Numbered from the stretch's first letter, positions 1 through 10,227 are shown. The stretch is DNA of 64,000 nucleotides from Planctomycetota bacterium (GCA_965222115.1 CBDCTJ010000007.1:1216001-1280000); one strand, 5' to 3'. The notes: generated from the letters alone by a model not told the origin. A program made the numbers and translations.

Positions 1-882
1 GTGGATGACACGTGGAATACCGTACACGGCGAACGGTATCTGCTCACGTTGATCGAAATGGCCAAGGTGCACGGCGGCATTGATCCCAACCGTGTGTACA
101 GCGTTGGATTCAGTATGGGGGGATCGGGATCGTGGTTCATGGCGGGCCGTCACCCGGATCTCCTTGCGGGTGCGATTTCGGCGCATGGCGTGCTCATGGC
201 CAAGCGCGTCAAAGTTGTCAGCCCTGATGATGTTGGCGAGTTTCAGTATGGCTTCGTTCCCAACGTTAGAAATCTAGCCGTCTACTTCTACACCGGCACC
301 GACGACAAGAACTGCGAGCCGGGGACATTTCGACGCGCGTGGCAAATGATTGACGCGCTCAAGAAGACCGACAGCGACGGATACGGTGACGTCCGCTTTT
401 CACTGCACGAAGGCGTAGCGCATCGCTTCCCGTCGGGTGAACCCAAGAAGGGCTTGGACTACATCTTTCAGCATCGACGCAATCCCTATCCCGAGACGTT
501 GGTTTGGGAGTATGCCGAATCCCCGTTTCCGCGGGGATTCAAAGACGACAAGGTTGCTCGGCGTGCGAAGAAGTGGTTTTATTGGCTGCGGTGTGCGCTG
601 CCCGGTAACAAGATGCAGGTTCGCGCCGTGCGCTCGACGACAAAGGACGCCAACATCATCGACCTCACGTTCAAAGAGGCTTACCAAGACGATTTCACGA
701 TCTACTTGAATGACGCGATGATCGAGCCCAGGCTGCCCGTGATCGTGCGCGTCGCTGGCGAAGAAGTGTACCAGGGTGTTCCCGTACCTACGTACCGCAG
801 TATCTTCGAGTCGTTCGATGCCCGACTCGACACCGCGCTAACGTTCGATCGCGCGATCCCCTTGCCCGAGCCTCGCGACTAA
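1..882 (+). CDS. Alpha/beta-hydrolase (predicted peptidase/esterase), probably 5'-truncated by window edge
   Basis: IDPNRVYSVGFSMGG nucleophile elbow (GxSxG), GTDD acid region and GVAH histidine. Confidence 0.8.
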   Translation: MDDTWNTVHGERYLLTLIEMAKVHGGIDPNRVYSVGFSMGGSGSWFMAGRHPDLLAGAISAHGVLMAKRVKVVSPDDVGEFQYGFVPNVRNLAVYFYTGTDDKNCEPGTFRRAWQMIDALKKTDSDGYGDVRFSLHEGVAHRFPSGEPKKGLDYIFQHRRNPYPETLVWEYAESPFPRGFKDDKVARRAKKWFYWLRCALPGNKMQVRAVRSTTKDANIIDLTFKEAYQDDFTIYLNDAMIEPRLPVIVRVAGEEVYQGVPVPTYRSIFESFDARLDTALTFDRAIPLPEPRD

Positions 883-883
883 A

Positions 884-973
884 CATACGCAGTGGTGCCA
901 GGCACCCGGATGCACCCTCAAGCGAATACACGGGCGAGGAGGTACGTCGGCGTGCCTGGCACCAAAGGGTATG
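884..973. repeat. Inverted pair of ~33-bp REP-like palindromic elements (core GTGCCTGGCAC) between convergent genes
   Basis: 884-917 (reverse) and 941-973 (forward) are imperfect inverted copies; a third copy is at 43976-44009. Confidence 0.7.
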
Positions 974-974
974 G

Positions 975-2204
975 TTAAGGTGAATCCCAGCGGCGTCGGC
1001 GGACGTTATTGTCTGTGTCGTCGTCGTCAATGGGATCTTTGGGATTGCCGCCGAGGTAGGTGATGGCTTCTTCAGGCGTCTTGAAGTGGGGGAAGATCTG
1101 GTCGAGTTGCGTCATTTGAAGAATGTTGGCGATTGCGGGCTGCACGGCGCAGAGTGCGAGTTCGCCTTCCTTGGCGGTGAGTCCTTGGTGAGCCTTAAGG
1201 AGATAGCCCAACGCCGCTGAGTTGATGAACGGCAGGGAACTCAGGTCAAGGGCCACGCGCTGGCCACCCTCGTCCACGAGTCCATCAAGGGTTTGCACCA
1301 ACGAGGGGAAGTCCTCGATGCCGCCTTCAAACGTGAGCAATGTGATCGTCATGCCGGCCATGCTAGCGGCGAGCCCGCCCGCGGGCACGCTCGTTCTGAG
1401 ATTCTCGCGCGCAACGACTTCTTCGGCGAGCCAGTCATGAACGCGCGGCGTGGCGGCGATCAAAATGTCACGCTCAATGAGAGGATCGTGGCCGTAGCCG
1501 TCCGATGTTTTGCCGCCTGCTTCGCGAACCAGCAACATCCCCGGGGCCACGTCGTGAATGGGCGTTCTCGGACCGCGACCGCCGAGATAGCCATGTACGG
1601 CACCCGAGGCCACATCACGCAGGTGAATGGCAATCGACCCAAGCGACCGAACGCGGTAACAGCGCTGCCGTAGTTCCATGGGCATCGACGGATGACGCAC
1701 AAACAGACCCTCATTGGATAGATCCAAGTGAACTCGCGACCGCCGAGGATCGGGATCGGTCATCTCCAACCGTCGGCCTTCTCGGTAGGCGCCATGTCCA
1801 CGCGCGGCCCACGTAAAGTCATCGGTGAGCGGTTCGTACACTGCGGCAAACAGCGGATGGTGTCCGTGCATGAGCACCAACTGTGTGGCGAAATTCTGAA
1901 TGCGCGCTGCGAAGTTGGCGGTTCCGTCTAATGGATCCACGTGCCACATCAACTGCCGCTTGCGAATGGTTCCCGCTTCCTCGCTTTCGATGCCAAACGC
2001 ATCATCGAACGCCAAGAGCCCTTCGAGGATCTGTTTTTCAAGTGCTAAGTCGAGTGTGGTTACGGGCGAGCCATCGCTCTTGCGCGTCGTTTCCGTCATT
2101 GGGGCACGAAACGCTTCCAGCACGGTGGGGCGCAACCCACGTAACAGGGACTCCACATCGGGCGCGAGCCGGTGCCATGGTTTCTTCGGTGCGGTAAGCG
2201 ACAT
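975..2204 (-). CDS. Inositol monophosphatase-family protein in frame with a C-terminal STAS (anti-sigma antagonist) domain
   Basis: SEE, VDPLDGTANF and HDVAPG IMPase motifs; LDLSSLPFINSAALG is STAS-like; start set at ATG 2204 to avoid overlap with the upstream gene. Confidence 0.8.
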   Translation of the reverse strand: MSLTAPKKPWHRLAPDVESLLRGLRPTVLEAFRAPMTETTRKSDGSPVTTLDLALEKQILEGLLAFDDAFGIESEEAGTIRKRQLMWHVDPLDGTANFAARIQNFATQLVLMHGHHPLFAAVYEPLTDDFTWAARGHGAYREGRRLEMTDPDPRRSRVHLDLSNEGLFVRHPSMPMELRQRCYRVRSLGSIAIHLRDVASGAVHGYLGGRGPRTPIHDVAPGMLLVREAGGKTSDGYGHDPLIERDILIAATPRVHDWLAEEVVARENLRTSVPAGGLAASMAGMTITLLTFEGGIEDFPSLVQTLDGLVDEGGQRVALDLSSLPFINSAALGYLLKAHQGLTAKEGELALCAVQPAIANILQMTQLDQIFPHFKTPEEAITYLGGNPKDPIDDDDTDNNVRRRRWDSP

Positions 2205-2223
2205 CAATAGTTCCCCGGGCTTC

Positions 2224-3909
2224 CTAACGGGTCTCGATTTCAGGTGTACGCGGGCCTTCGCGTCCCAGCAACTCATGGTGATCATCCAATTCGGATTCAA
2301 GCAAAGCCAAGAGGGGCATCAATGCATCGCGCGCGTCCGTATCGGCCGTCACCTCGATGACCTGCTTTCGCTCCTTGGCGGTGAGTGCTTCCATGGAGGC
2401 GCGCTGCGACTCGTAAACGTCGATCCCCGCATCGCTCGCGTCGTCGTTTCGCGCAGCGCGCTCCTTCAGTCGTCGATGGACGACGTCTCGCGGACACGTC
2501 ACATGAATTGCCACAAAGGGTGCGCCTTCCGCCTCAGCGATGGCTCGAGCATCGTTTCGAGACGAGCGTCGAAGGTAAGTCGCGTCCAAAATGACCGCAG
2601 TTCCTTCCTGCAGCGCCACGCGCGCCTGCGCGTGCATCTCCTCATAGGTACGCTTTGACATGTCGTCGCTATAAAGCGCAGTTTTCTCCTCTCCCTCTAC
2701 CCGATCGGTGACTTGAAGCCCTACGAGTTCCTTGCGGATGACATCGCTCTGCAAGACGACTGCACGCAAGGAGGGGGCCAAACTACGCGCGACGACACTC
2801 TTGCCTGTTCCCGAGAGTCCCACCAGGATCATTAACGGTGGTGTGGCGCCGCCACGGGCAAAACTCCACGCAAGTGCAAGATGGGCTTGTGCTTTGCGAA
2901 TGGCTACGCGATGTGCGGGGTGTCCGGTTGGAAGTTGGCTCGCACGTGCGACATGAACGCAGGCGCGAACATGCGAGCGATACGCGCGGTAGAGCGGCAA
3001 GAGTTGTGACGCGTCGACATCGGCGGTTTCTTCGAGGTAGTGATGCTCGAGCAGGTCTGCCAAGTCGGCGCGACCATGGTGAACAAGATCCATGGAGAGG
3101 AATGCGACATCGGAGAGGGGGTCGATGTGTCGTAGAAGCGGTGAAAACTCAACGCAGTCCACAACCACCGACCTGCCCTTGTAGCGCACGACATGCTCAA
3201 GCCGCATATCGCCGTGGCCGTTGACCATACGCCCCTCAAGTATTCGTCGCCGTATGGTGCGTCGCGACTGCCAAAGGCGACGCCACACGCGTGTGCGTAG
3301 CCCTTCGTGAACGACATGGGGAAAGCTCTCGGATACATACGCCGACGTGCCTCTAAAGTTGCGTCGCAACACACTTCCGAATGTGCTGGGTTGTGCGAGC
3401 CGTGCCTGCTGTGGGGTCAATCGACCTTCGCGATGAAATGCGGCAATGCGCTCGGCAAGTCGTTCGATCGCGGTGGGGGTGATGAGCTCGTCGCGGACGA
3501 GAGCGCTAAGTGTGGCATTGGGTGCGTAGCGCACCATGTGCACGGCAAAGACCACGGCGTCATCGGGCGGTGGTTCATCGTGTTCGACCGGCACCGGTCC
3601 CAACGTTCCAGCCTGGGGGCCTTCGCGCGGGACGAGTGCCACGACACCCAAATAGATGTCGGGCGCCAGGCGTCGATTAAGGCGCACTTCCTCGTGGCAG
3701 AAATGAAGGCGCGCTTCGGGCGTTGAGTAGTCAACGATGTCCCAGTGGCGTACGGGTTTCTTGATTTTGTAGGCGTGCGTACCAATCAGCATGACGACGC
3801 TGATGTGTGTCTCGATCACCTCGACACGTTCCCCTGGTTCGGCGCCCCAAACGGCGGGATCGTGAAGCCGTTCCAGCAGCGTTCGAAAATGGGTATCGAC
3901 GGGATTCAC
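2224..3909 (-). CDS. Bifunctional aminoglycoside phosphotransferase-like / AAA kinase (Rv2004c-like)
   Basis: ETHIS, KIKKPV, HGDMRLEH, DCVEF N-terminal motifs; Walker A GLSGTGKS, SDVIRK, LDATY, DASDA. Confidence 0.9.
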   Translation of the reverse strand: MNPVDTHFRTLLERLHDPAVWGAEPGERVEVIETHISVVMLIGTHAYKIKKPVRHWDIVDYSTPEARLHFCHEEVRLNRRLAPDIYLGVVALVPREGPQAGTLGPVPVEHDEPPPDDAVVFAVHMVRYAPNATLSALVRDELITPTAIERLAERIAAFHREGRLTPQQARLAQPSTFGSVLRRNFRGTSAYVSESFPHVVHEGLRTRVWRRLWQSRRTIRRRILEGRMVNGHGDMRLEHVVRYKGRSVVVDCVEFSPLLRHIDPLSDVAFLSMDLVHHGRADLADLLEHHYLEETADVDASQLLPLYRAYRSHVRACVHVARASQLPTGHPAHRVAIRKAQAHLALAWSFARGGATPPLMILVGLSGTGKSVVARSLAPSLRAVVLQSDVIRKELVGLQVTDRVEGEEKTALYSDDMSKRTYEEMHAQARVALQEGTAVILDATYLRRSSRNDARAIAEAEGAPFVAIHVTCPRDVVHRRLKERAARNDDASDAGIDVYESQRASMEALTAKERKQVIEVTADTDARDALMPLLALLESELDDHHELLGREGPRTPEIETR

Positions 3910-3918
3910 CGCGCCATG

Positions 3919-4614
3919 CTACCGCCCGTGATCTCGACTCGACGACCGATCCACCCACAGTTTGCCCGTGTGATTTAAGATTGTCTGGGCCAGTCGTGAT
4001 TTGCTCGACGTTGCGAGCGACGTGGGTTCATGGTTGTGGGTGATCCACCATGCCTCGCCACCACCGCGGCCCATGTTCTTTGGTCCGTTAAGAACGATGG
4101 CGTCAAAGCGTTTCTTGCGCATCTTTTCCGAAGCACGTGCAACACCACCTCCCACCTCCAACGCGAATCCGATATGCAAACGCGCACCTTTAGAGCGACC
4201 GAGCGCCGCTGCGACATCGCGCGTAGGCTTGAGGTCCAACGACCAGTCGCCGCCCTCGCGCGCGGGCTTGCCCTTCTTGCGAGTTGCGGGGCGCCAGTCG
4301 GATGGTGCAGCGCAAAACACCGCGATGTCGGCGTCGGCAACGGCGTCTCGCATGGCACGATAAAGATCGTCCGTACTCACGATGCGGACGACATGAAGCG
4401 CCGTCGGGGTGGGGAGTGTTGTTGGTCCCAAAATCAGCGTGACGTCGGCACCCAAGCGGTGCGCGCGCCGCGCGATGGCAATTCCCAGGCGACCGGTTGC
4501 GCCGTTGCTAAGAAATCGAATGTCGTCTATGTGTTCGCGCGTGGGTCCGGCGTTCACGACCACCCGCAAGTTGCGCCAGGGGCATGCGGTGGTTGGCGTG
4601 ACGCGGGCGCTCAT
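3919..4614 (-). CDS. coaB: Phosphopantothenate-cysteine ligase (stand-alone CoaB domain)
   Basis: NAGPTREHIDDIRFLSNGATGRLG, AAPSDW, GFALE; ATGA overlap with the upstream stop. Confidence 0.85.
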   Translation of the reverse strand: MSARVTPTTACPWRNLRVVVNAGPTREHIDDIRFLSNGATGRLGIAIARRAHRLGADVTLILGPTTLPTPTALHVVRIVSTDDLYRAMRDAVADADIAVFCAAPSDWRPATRKKGKPAREGGDWSLDLKPTRDVAAALGRSKGARLHIGFALEVGGGVARASEKMRKKRFDAIVLNGPKNMGRGGGEAWWITHNHEPTSLATSSKSRLAQTILNHTGKLWVDRSSSRDHGR

Positions 4615-5738
4615 GCGGGCACCTGTTGCGATAAGCAATGGAGTGATCCAAAGCCCTCAATCAAGTGGCGGGAAGCGATGGGCACAACGCGCTTGCGCGG
4701 GAAGCAATGGCGCAAGACCTTGAGCGCATAGTCATCGGCCGGATCGTCAAAGACCGGCACGCACACCACGCGGTTGGCGATGTAGAAGTTGGCATACGAC
4801 GCCGGCAGCCGACGTCGGCTGCGACTTTGGACCCAACCCGGCATGGGCAGTGGAATGACTTCCAAGGGCGTTCCGTTTTCGACCGACATCGCGCGGAGCC
4901 GATCCAGGTTTTCCGCCAACGGGCGAAAGTTCTCATCTTGTGCATCCGGTTCAACGGCGGTGACGACCGTGCGTGGACCGACAAAGCGCGTCATGTCATC
5001 TACGTGCCCGTCTGTGTCGTCGCCCGCAATACCGTCGCCGAGCCAAAGGATGTGTCGCACACCGAGCAGTTCGCGCAAATGCTGTTCGATTTCAAAACGC
5101 GATAGCGATGGATTGCGATTGGTGTGTAGCAGGCACTGCTCGGACGTAATGATCGTTCCCTTGCCATTGCCTTCAATACTCCCGCCCTCAAGCACGAAGG
5201 TCGATCGCTTGCGTGGAAGGTCAAGCAGCGGCGCAAGCTTTCGAGGCAAGCGGTCGTCGCGTAGGAGTTCTGCATATTTGTCGCCCCACGCATTGAACCG
5301 AACGTCGAGTGCAAGTCGTTCACGCGATTTGCCGCGCCCGCGTACCACAACAATGGGGCCTGTGTCGCGAACCCACGCATCGGCCGTCTGGATGCGGTGC
5401 AATTGAACTCGTTTGGCGTGCGCCGCCGACATCGATGTGTCGCGCAACATCTCAACGGCCACGCGCTCGGTGGCGGCGTTCTTCACAAGCAAGTGCACCG
5501 CTTCACTCGACGCGACGGCCGCCACAAATTCGGCGTACGCTTCTTGCGCTTCGGTCAGGCAGCCGCGCCAGGTTTGGGGGTCGTGTGGCCAGCAAAGAAT
5601 CGTGGCTTCGTGCTTTTCCCATTCCGCAGGCCAACGAAATCCTTGCTCGCGCGGCGTTTCGCCAACGATGAGCTTCGGACGCTGCTCCGGAAGGGCCTTG
5701 GGCTTGTCCGTTCGTCCGGATGACTGCCGGCTCGCCAT
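4611..5738 (-). CDS. aguA: Agmatine deiminase
   Basis: WPAEWE, WVRDTGP, LEGGSI, DDTDGHVD, ASYANF, GSLHCLSQQ. Confidence 0.93.
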   Translation of the reverse strand: MASRQSSGRTDKPKALPEQRPKLIVGETPREQGFRWPAEWEKHEATILCWPHDPQTWRGCLTEAQEAYAEFVAAVASSEAVHLLVKNAATERVAVEMLRDTSMSAAHAKRVQLHRIQTADAWVRDTGPIVVVRGRGKSRERLALDVRFNAWGDKYAELLRDDRLPRKLAPLLDLPRKRSTFVLEGGSIEGNGKGTIITSEQCLLHTNRNPSLSRFEIEQHLRELLGVRHILWLGDGIAGDDTDGHVDDMTRFVGPRTVVTAVEPDAQDENFRPLAENLDRLRAMSVENGTPLEVIPLPMPGWVQSRSRRRLPASYANFYIANRVVCVPVFDDPADDYALKVLRHCFPRKRVVPIASRHLIEGFGSLHCLSQQVPA

Positions 5739-6629
5739 CTAGTCGTCCTCGTTTGGCGCGTGTTCATCGTCAAGATAGCGCTTCGTGAGTTGCGTGTAGG
5801 CGTCGATACGACGATCGCGCAGGAACGGCCACCCTTGCCGCGCGTTGTCGGTCCTGCTGCGATCACAATCTACAATGAGCACGGCTTCCTGATTGTCTGC
5901 CTCTGCCAAAATGCGCCCGTCGGGCGACGCAACAAAGGAACGGCCCCAGAATGTGATTTCGCCCTCTGTGCCTACACGGTTAATCGCAGCAACGTGTAGC
6001 CCATTGGCGATCGCATGCGCGCGTTGCATGGTGCGCCATGCATCGTGTTGAATCGGGCGTAGCTCCTTCTCGCCCTGCCAGGTACCAATGGCCGTTGGGT
6101 AGATCAATACATCGGCACCGTGTAGCGCAGTCAAGCGTGCCGCCTCAGGAAACCATTGATCCCAACATATGAGCACGCCGAGCCGTCCCGCACTCGTTTG
6201 AATGGCGCGAAAGCCCAGATCGCCCGGCGTAAAGTAGAACTTCTCATAGAAGCGTGGGTCGTCGGGAATGTGCATCTTGCGATACATGCCCGCCACCGAT
6301 CCATCGCGATCCCACACGACGGCCGTATTGTGAAACAATCCCGGCGCGCGACGTTCGAACAGGCTTCCTACGATAACGATACCGTGTTTCTTCGCACGCC
6401 TAGAGAGTTCTTTGCATACGGTGGCGGTCAACGGTTCTGCGAGGTCGAAGTAGCGATCGTCTTCTTCTTGCGGAAAGTAGATCGTGCGAAAGAGCTCTTG
6501 CGTGCAGATGACGGTTGCACCCTCGGTTGCGGCGCGATCCACAAGCGAGAGTGTGCGCGCCACGTTGTCGTCGGGCGACGGATCGGCATGGGTCTGCAAG
6601 AGGCCCAGTCGCAACGGAAGAGAGTTCAT
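5739..6629 (-). CDS. aguB: N-carbamoylputrescine amidohydrolase (nitrilase family)
   Basis: QELF, YRKMHIPDDP, EKFYFTPGD, ICWDQWFPE (E-K-C triad); adjacent to aguA; start at ATG 6629. Confidence 0.9.
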   Translation of the reverse strand: MNSLPLRLGLLQTHADPSPDDNVARTLSLVDRAATEGATVICTQELFRTIYFPQEEDDRYFDLAEPLTATVCKELSRRAKKHGIVIVGSLFERRAPGLFHNTAVVWDRDGSVAGMYRKMHIPDDPRFYEKFYFTPGDLGFRAIQTSAGRLGVLICWDQWFPEAARLTALHGADVLIYPTAIGTWQGEKELRPIQHDAWRTMQRAHAIANGLHVAAINRVGTEGEITFWGRSFVASPDGRILAEADNQEAVLIVDCDRSRTDNARQGWPFLRDRRIDAYTQLTKRYLDDEHAPNEDD

Positions 6630-6750
6630 GCGCGCAGCATACGGTCGACACCCTGCGCATACGATGTCTCGCCGCACGACGATCCTCGGCGTAGGCTGGC
6701 GACGACTCGTTGGGGGCGATCCGTCAGCGAGGCGCGGGTAGGAGCCGGCC

Positions 6751-8595
6751 ATGACGAGCGACGCGATCACGCTTCTCGGAACGAGCGATGTCTTTCAGGG
6801 GCTCGATGAACGGGTGCTAACGCTGCTCAGCCACGAGGCGTCGGTGCGCGAGACGCGGGCCGGGGACGTGTTGTTTCGAGAGGGGGGACGACGCGACGCG
6901 TGCTTCCTCGTTGTGAAAGGTCAAGTGGAGGTCGTGTTCGGCAACGATCGAGGGCAGGGGTCGGTGGTGCTGTTCGGGTCCGGTGAATGTGTGGGGGAAG
7001 CCGGTTTGGTTGAGCCCGGTATTCATTCGGCGTCTGCGTCAACGCCCTATCCGGCAACGTTGTTGGTGCTGCCGCTTGAAGGGGTGCGGCAGCGATTGCG
7101 TGAAGATGGAGCAGCGGCCCTTGCCGTGTCCACCGCCGTTACGCGGGTCGTGTTGCGCAGACTCCAATACGCCGCATCGCGCCGCGAGGGGTTTGATCGC
7201 ATTTATGCCAGCGGTGAAACGCGCGTGGAGCACGATCTCTTAGGAGAACTCGATGTGCCGGAGGATGCGCGCTACGGTGTGCAAACCCTTCGCGCGGTGC
7301 AGAACTTTCCAATCTCGGGTATCAGCATTGCGCACTTTCCCGCCTTGATTCGTGCACTGGCCGCGGTGAAGCAGGCGGCGGCGCGCGCCAACGCGAAACT
7401 TCGAATGCTCGAACCGCGCCTCGCCGACGCGATTGATCGCGCGTGCCAAGAGATCATCGACGGCCATTGGCACGGCCACTTTGTGGTGGACGTGGTGCAG
7501 GGCGGCGCGGGCACATCCACCAACATGAACGCCAACGAAGTGATCGCGAATCGTGCGTTGGAGCTTATGGGCTATACGTGTGGCGAGTACGAGCACTGCC
7601 ATCCCAACAATCACGTAAACCTATCGCAATCCACCAATGACGCGTATCCCACCGCCGTAAAGGTCGCCGCGTTCATTGAACAGCGCGCGTTGGGGGAGGC
7701 GCTCGAAGTGTTGGCGGCGGCCCTCGATGAAAAAGCCAAGTCGTTCGCTCACATCATTAAGATGGGCCGTACGCAGTTACAAGACGCCGTGCCCATGACG
7801 CTGGGCCAGGAGTTTCGCGCGTACGCCGTGACGGTTCGGGAAGACGTTCAGCGGCTGGCGGAAGCGGCCAACCTCATGCTGGAGATCAATCTGGGCGGCA
7901 CGGCGATCGGCACGGGCCTCAATGCGCATCCCCAGTACCGGATGCTTGCACTGGATGCGTTGCGTGAAATCACGGGCCTTGAGGTGGTCTTGGCGGAAGA
8001 CTTGATTGAGGCCACGCCTGACACCGGCGCGTTTGTGCATTTCAGTGGCGTGCTCAAGCGGATTGCGTGCAAGGTCAGTAAGCTCTGCAACGACTTGCGA
8101 TTGCTCTCCTCGGGGCCGCGTGCGGGCATTGGCGAGATCCATTTGCCACCGATGCAGCCGGGCTCGTCCATCATGCCCGGCAAGGTCAATCCGGTGATTC
8201 CCGAGGTCGTCAATCAAGTCGCCTATCGCGTGATTGGCAACGATCTGACCATCACCATGGCGGCCGAAGCGGGTCAGCTACAGCTCAACGTGATGGAACC
8301 GATTATCGCGTTCAACTTGTTTGAGTCGGTGAGCATGTTGACGGCCGCCGTACGCACATTGACGTCGCGATGCATCGAGGGCATCGAGGCGGATGAGGCT
8401 CGCTGCCGCGAACTTGTGGATCGATCGATTGGTGTGGTGACTGCGCTCGTACCTCACCTTGGGTATGATCGCGCGTCGGCCGTGGCGAAAGAGGCACTTT
8501 CCTCCGGCCTTTCGGTTCGCGACATCGTGTTGCGCGATGGCGACATGGATGAAGAACGATTGGATAAGGTCCTCTCGCCAGACGCGATGGTGTGA
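6751..8595 (+). CDS. aspA: Aspartate ammonia-lyase with N-terminal cyclic-nucleotide-binding domain
   Basis: GGAGTSTNMN, QSTNDAYPT, GSSIMPGKVNP; N-terminal LFREG...GECVGE cNMP fold. Confidence 0.92.
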   Translation: MTSDAITLLGTSDVFQGLDERVLTLLSHEASVRETRAGDVLFREGGRRDACFLVVKGQVEVVFGNDRGQGSVVLFGSGECVGEAGLVEPGIHSASASTPYPATLLVLPLEGVRQRLREDGAAALAVSTAVTRVVLRRLQYAASRREGFDRIYASGETRVEHDLLGELDVPEDARYGVQTLRAVQNFPISGISIAHFPALIRALAAVKQAAARANAKLRMLEPRLADAIDRACQEIIDGHWHGHFVVDVVQGGAGTSTNMNANEVIANRALELMGYTCGEYEHCHPNNHVNLSQSTNDAYPTAVKVAAFIEQRALGEALEVLAAALDEKAKSFAHIIKMGRTQLQDAVPMTLGQEFRAYAVTVREDVQRLAEAANLMLEINLGGTAIGTGLNAHPQYRMLALDALREITGLEVVLAEDLIEATPDTGAFVHFSGVLKRIACKVSKLCNDLRLLSSGPRAGIGEIHLPPMQPGSSIMPGKVNPVIPEVVNQVAYRVIGNDLTITMAAEAGQLQLNVMEPIIAFNLFESVSMLTAAVRTLTSRCIEGIEADEARCRELVDRSIGVVTALVPHLGYDRASAVAKEALSSGLSVRDIVLRDGDMDEERLDKVLSPDAMV

Positions 8596-8602
8596 GTCGG
8601 AC

Positions 8603-9097
8603 CTAGAATTGCGTGAGCACATCCGGCAAGAAATCGGGCTTGAAAATGCGAACGACCAAGAGCAATGCGGCTGCCGCGACCAACAATATGAGCACCGCGT
8701 CGATTGCGAATAACAACTGAACCGTGAGCCAAAGGATGCCCACAACAAGTTCGACGGGAAACATCAGTACACGTTTCCAGGTGGGGGCCTCGCGCAAGTT
8801 GTTGAGAATGCCTTGCAGCCATGCGCTGCTGCCATGAACCGCGGGAAGGGCTAGGCGGGCAAGTGCCACCAAGAGCGCAATCGCGGCAACAGCCTTAATC
8901 GCGCGCCCACCCATGCCTTCGGGCAAGTTGTCGAGGAACTGTTGTTGCTGTTCTTTGGAGCGCGTGAGGTAGTAGATTAAGAGCCCGACCGGCGCAGCGC
9001 CGAATGCAATCAACATGGCCAAGGCGCCCGAGCCGCTTTTCTTTCGTGGCCGCTTGGCGCGTCGGGGTGCCCCGCGTTCGGATCGGTGATCGCTCAT
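8603..9097 (-). CDS. Hypothetical membrane protein
   Basis: 3-4 hydrophobic segments; overlaps upstream stop (ATGA). Confidence 0.7.
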   Translation of the reverse strand: MSDHRSERGAPRRAKRPRKKSGSGALAMLIAFGAAPVGLLIYYLTRSKEQQQQFLDNLPEGMGGRAIKAVAAIALLVALARLALPAVHGSSAWLQGILNNLREAPTWKRVLMFPVELVVGILWLTVQLLFAIDAVLILLVAAAALLLVVRIFKPDFLPDVLTQF

Positions 9098-10221
9098 TTG
9101 TCGGCGGCCTCCTTCGATGTGGGCTTGTTGGGTGCGGGTGATTGCTTGGCGATCCGTTGCACGCGTCCCGAAATCGTAACCAGCGTAGGCGAGGCACCCG
9201 GAAGTCCCGTGTGAACTTCAATGACCTCGTCGTTTAGTGTGCCTGCGGGTGCGTCTTTGGGGACGGTGACAATCAGGCGCCAGAAGCCGCGATCGCCGTG
9301 ATACGGGTCCTTTTTGATCTCTACGTTGACTTTGTCGAGCTTGGCGCGCGCAGAGACGTTCTTGAAGACTTGTTTGCGATCGTAGGGCCTAAGTTTCACG
9401 CTTGCAGTGCGCGTGGTGCCTTGGGGCACCGTACCAAACGGCAATCGACGCGACTGAATCCATACCGGCCCACACACATTGGCGGTGATGGGCATGGTGA
9501 TACGTTCCTTACCCTTCACGTTGGTGCGAATGATGGCCTCCGCTGAGAACATGCCGACCGGCGGTGGGGATGGAAACGCAAACGACACGACCCATCCGCG
9601 CCAGTTGTCGTTCGGCTTGGGCTTGTACGGCGTGACCTTTGTTCTGAACGGATGAGCCGGCACTTCGACGCGCGTGATTCGGTAAGGCGCACCAAGTGTG
9701 TGATCCCAAAGAAATGCAACGTCGTTCGTAGGTGCATCGCCGTGGGGCACATCACCAAAGTGGACCGAGGCATCGCGCTGAATGAACCCCTTAGTAACCG
9801 TTACATGTTGGGCCACGAGGATGCTGCCATCGCGTCGATCCTTGCTATAGATACGGATCGACTTCTTGACCTTGCCGTAGAGAAATAGTGTGTCGAACTC
9901 GGTGGTGAGCGTGCAGGACGCGCCGGGCTCCAGCGAAGACTTGTCAATCTTGACTCGATTGCAGCCACATTCACCGCGCGCGGCAATGCCATCTATCGTC
10001 ACGTCTCCGTGGTTTGTAATTGTGACTCTATCGATCGCCTTCTCATGTTGCCCGCGTGTGCCAAAGTCGATCGCCTCGCGGTCTACCTTGAGGTATCGAT
10101 GCCCCACGCGTGGGGGGCGCTTCGTTTTCGCGCTTGCTGTGGCGCACATCGCTATGCCGATAGCGCATAACCCGATGAACTGAAGCGTTGCGAGCCACGG
10201 ATGTCGGCGAGATCGAATCAC
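9094..10221 (-). CDS. Secreted DUF1573-like triple Ig-repeat protein
   Basis: Signal peptide; IDFG...N...ECGC motif; three FG-initiated beta repeats. Confidence 0.75.
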   Translation of the reverse strand: MIRSRRHPWLATLQFIGLCAIGIAMCATASAKTKRPPRVGHRYLKVDREAIDFGTRGQHEKAIDRVTITNHGDVTIDGIAARGECGCNRVKIDKSSLEPGASCTLTTEFDTLFLYGKVKKSIRIYSKDRRDGSILVAQHVTVTKGFIQRDASVHFGDVPHGDAPTNDVAFLWDHTLGAPYRITRVEVPAHPFRTKVTPYKPKPNDNWRGWVVSFAFPSPPPVGMFSAEAIIRTNVKGKERITMPITANVCGPVWIQSRRLPFGTVPQGTTRTASVKLRPYDRKQVFKNVSARAKLDKVNVEIKKDPYHGDRGFWRLIVTVPKDAPAGTLNDEVIEVHTGLPGASPTLVTISGRVQRIAKQSPAPNKPTSKEAADK

Positions 10222-10227
10222 GGATTG

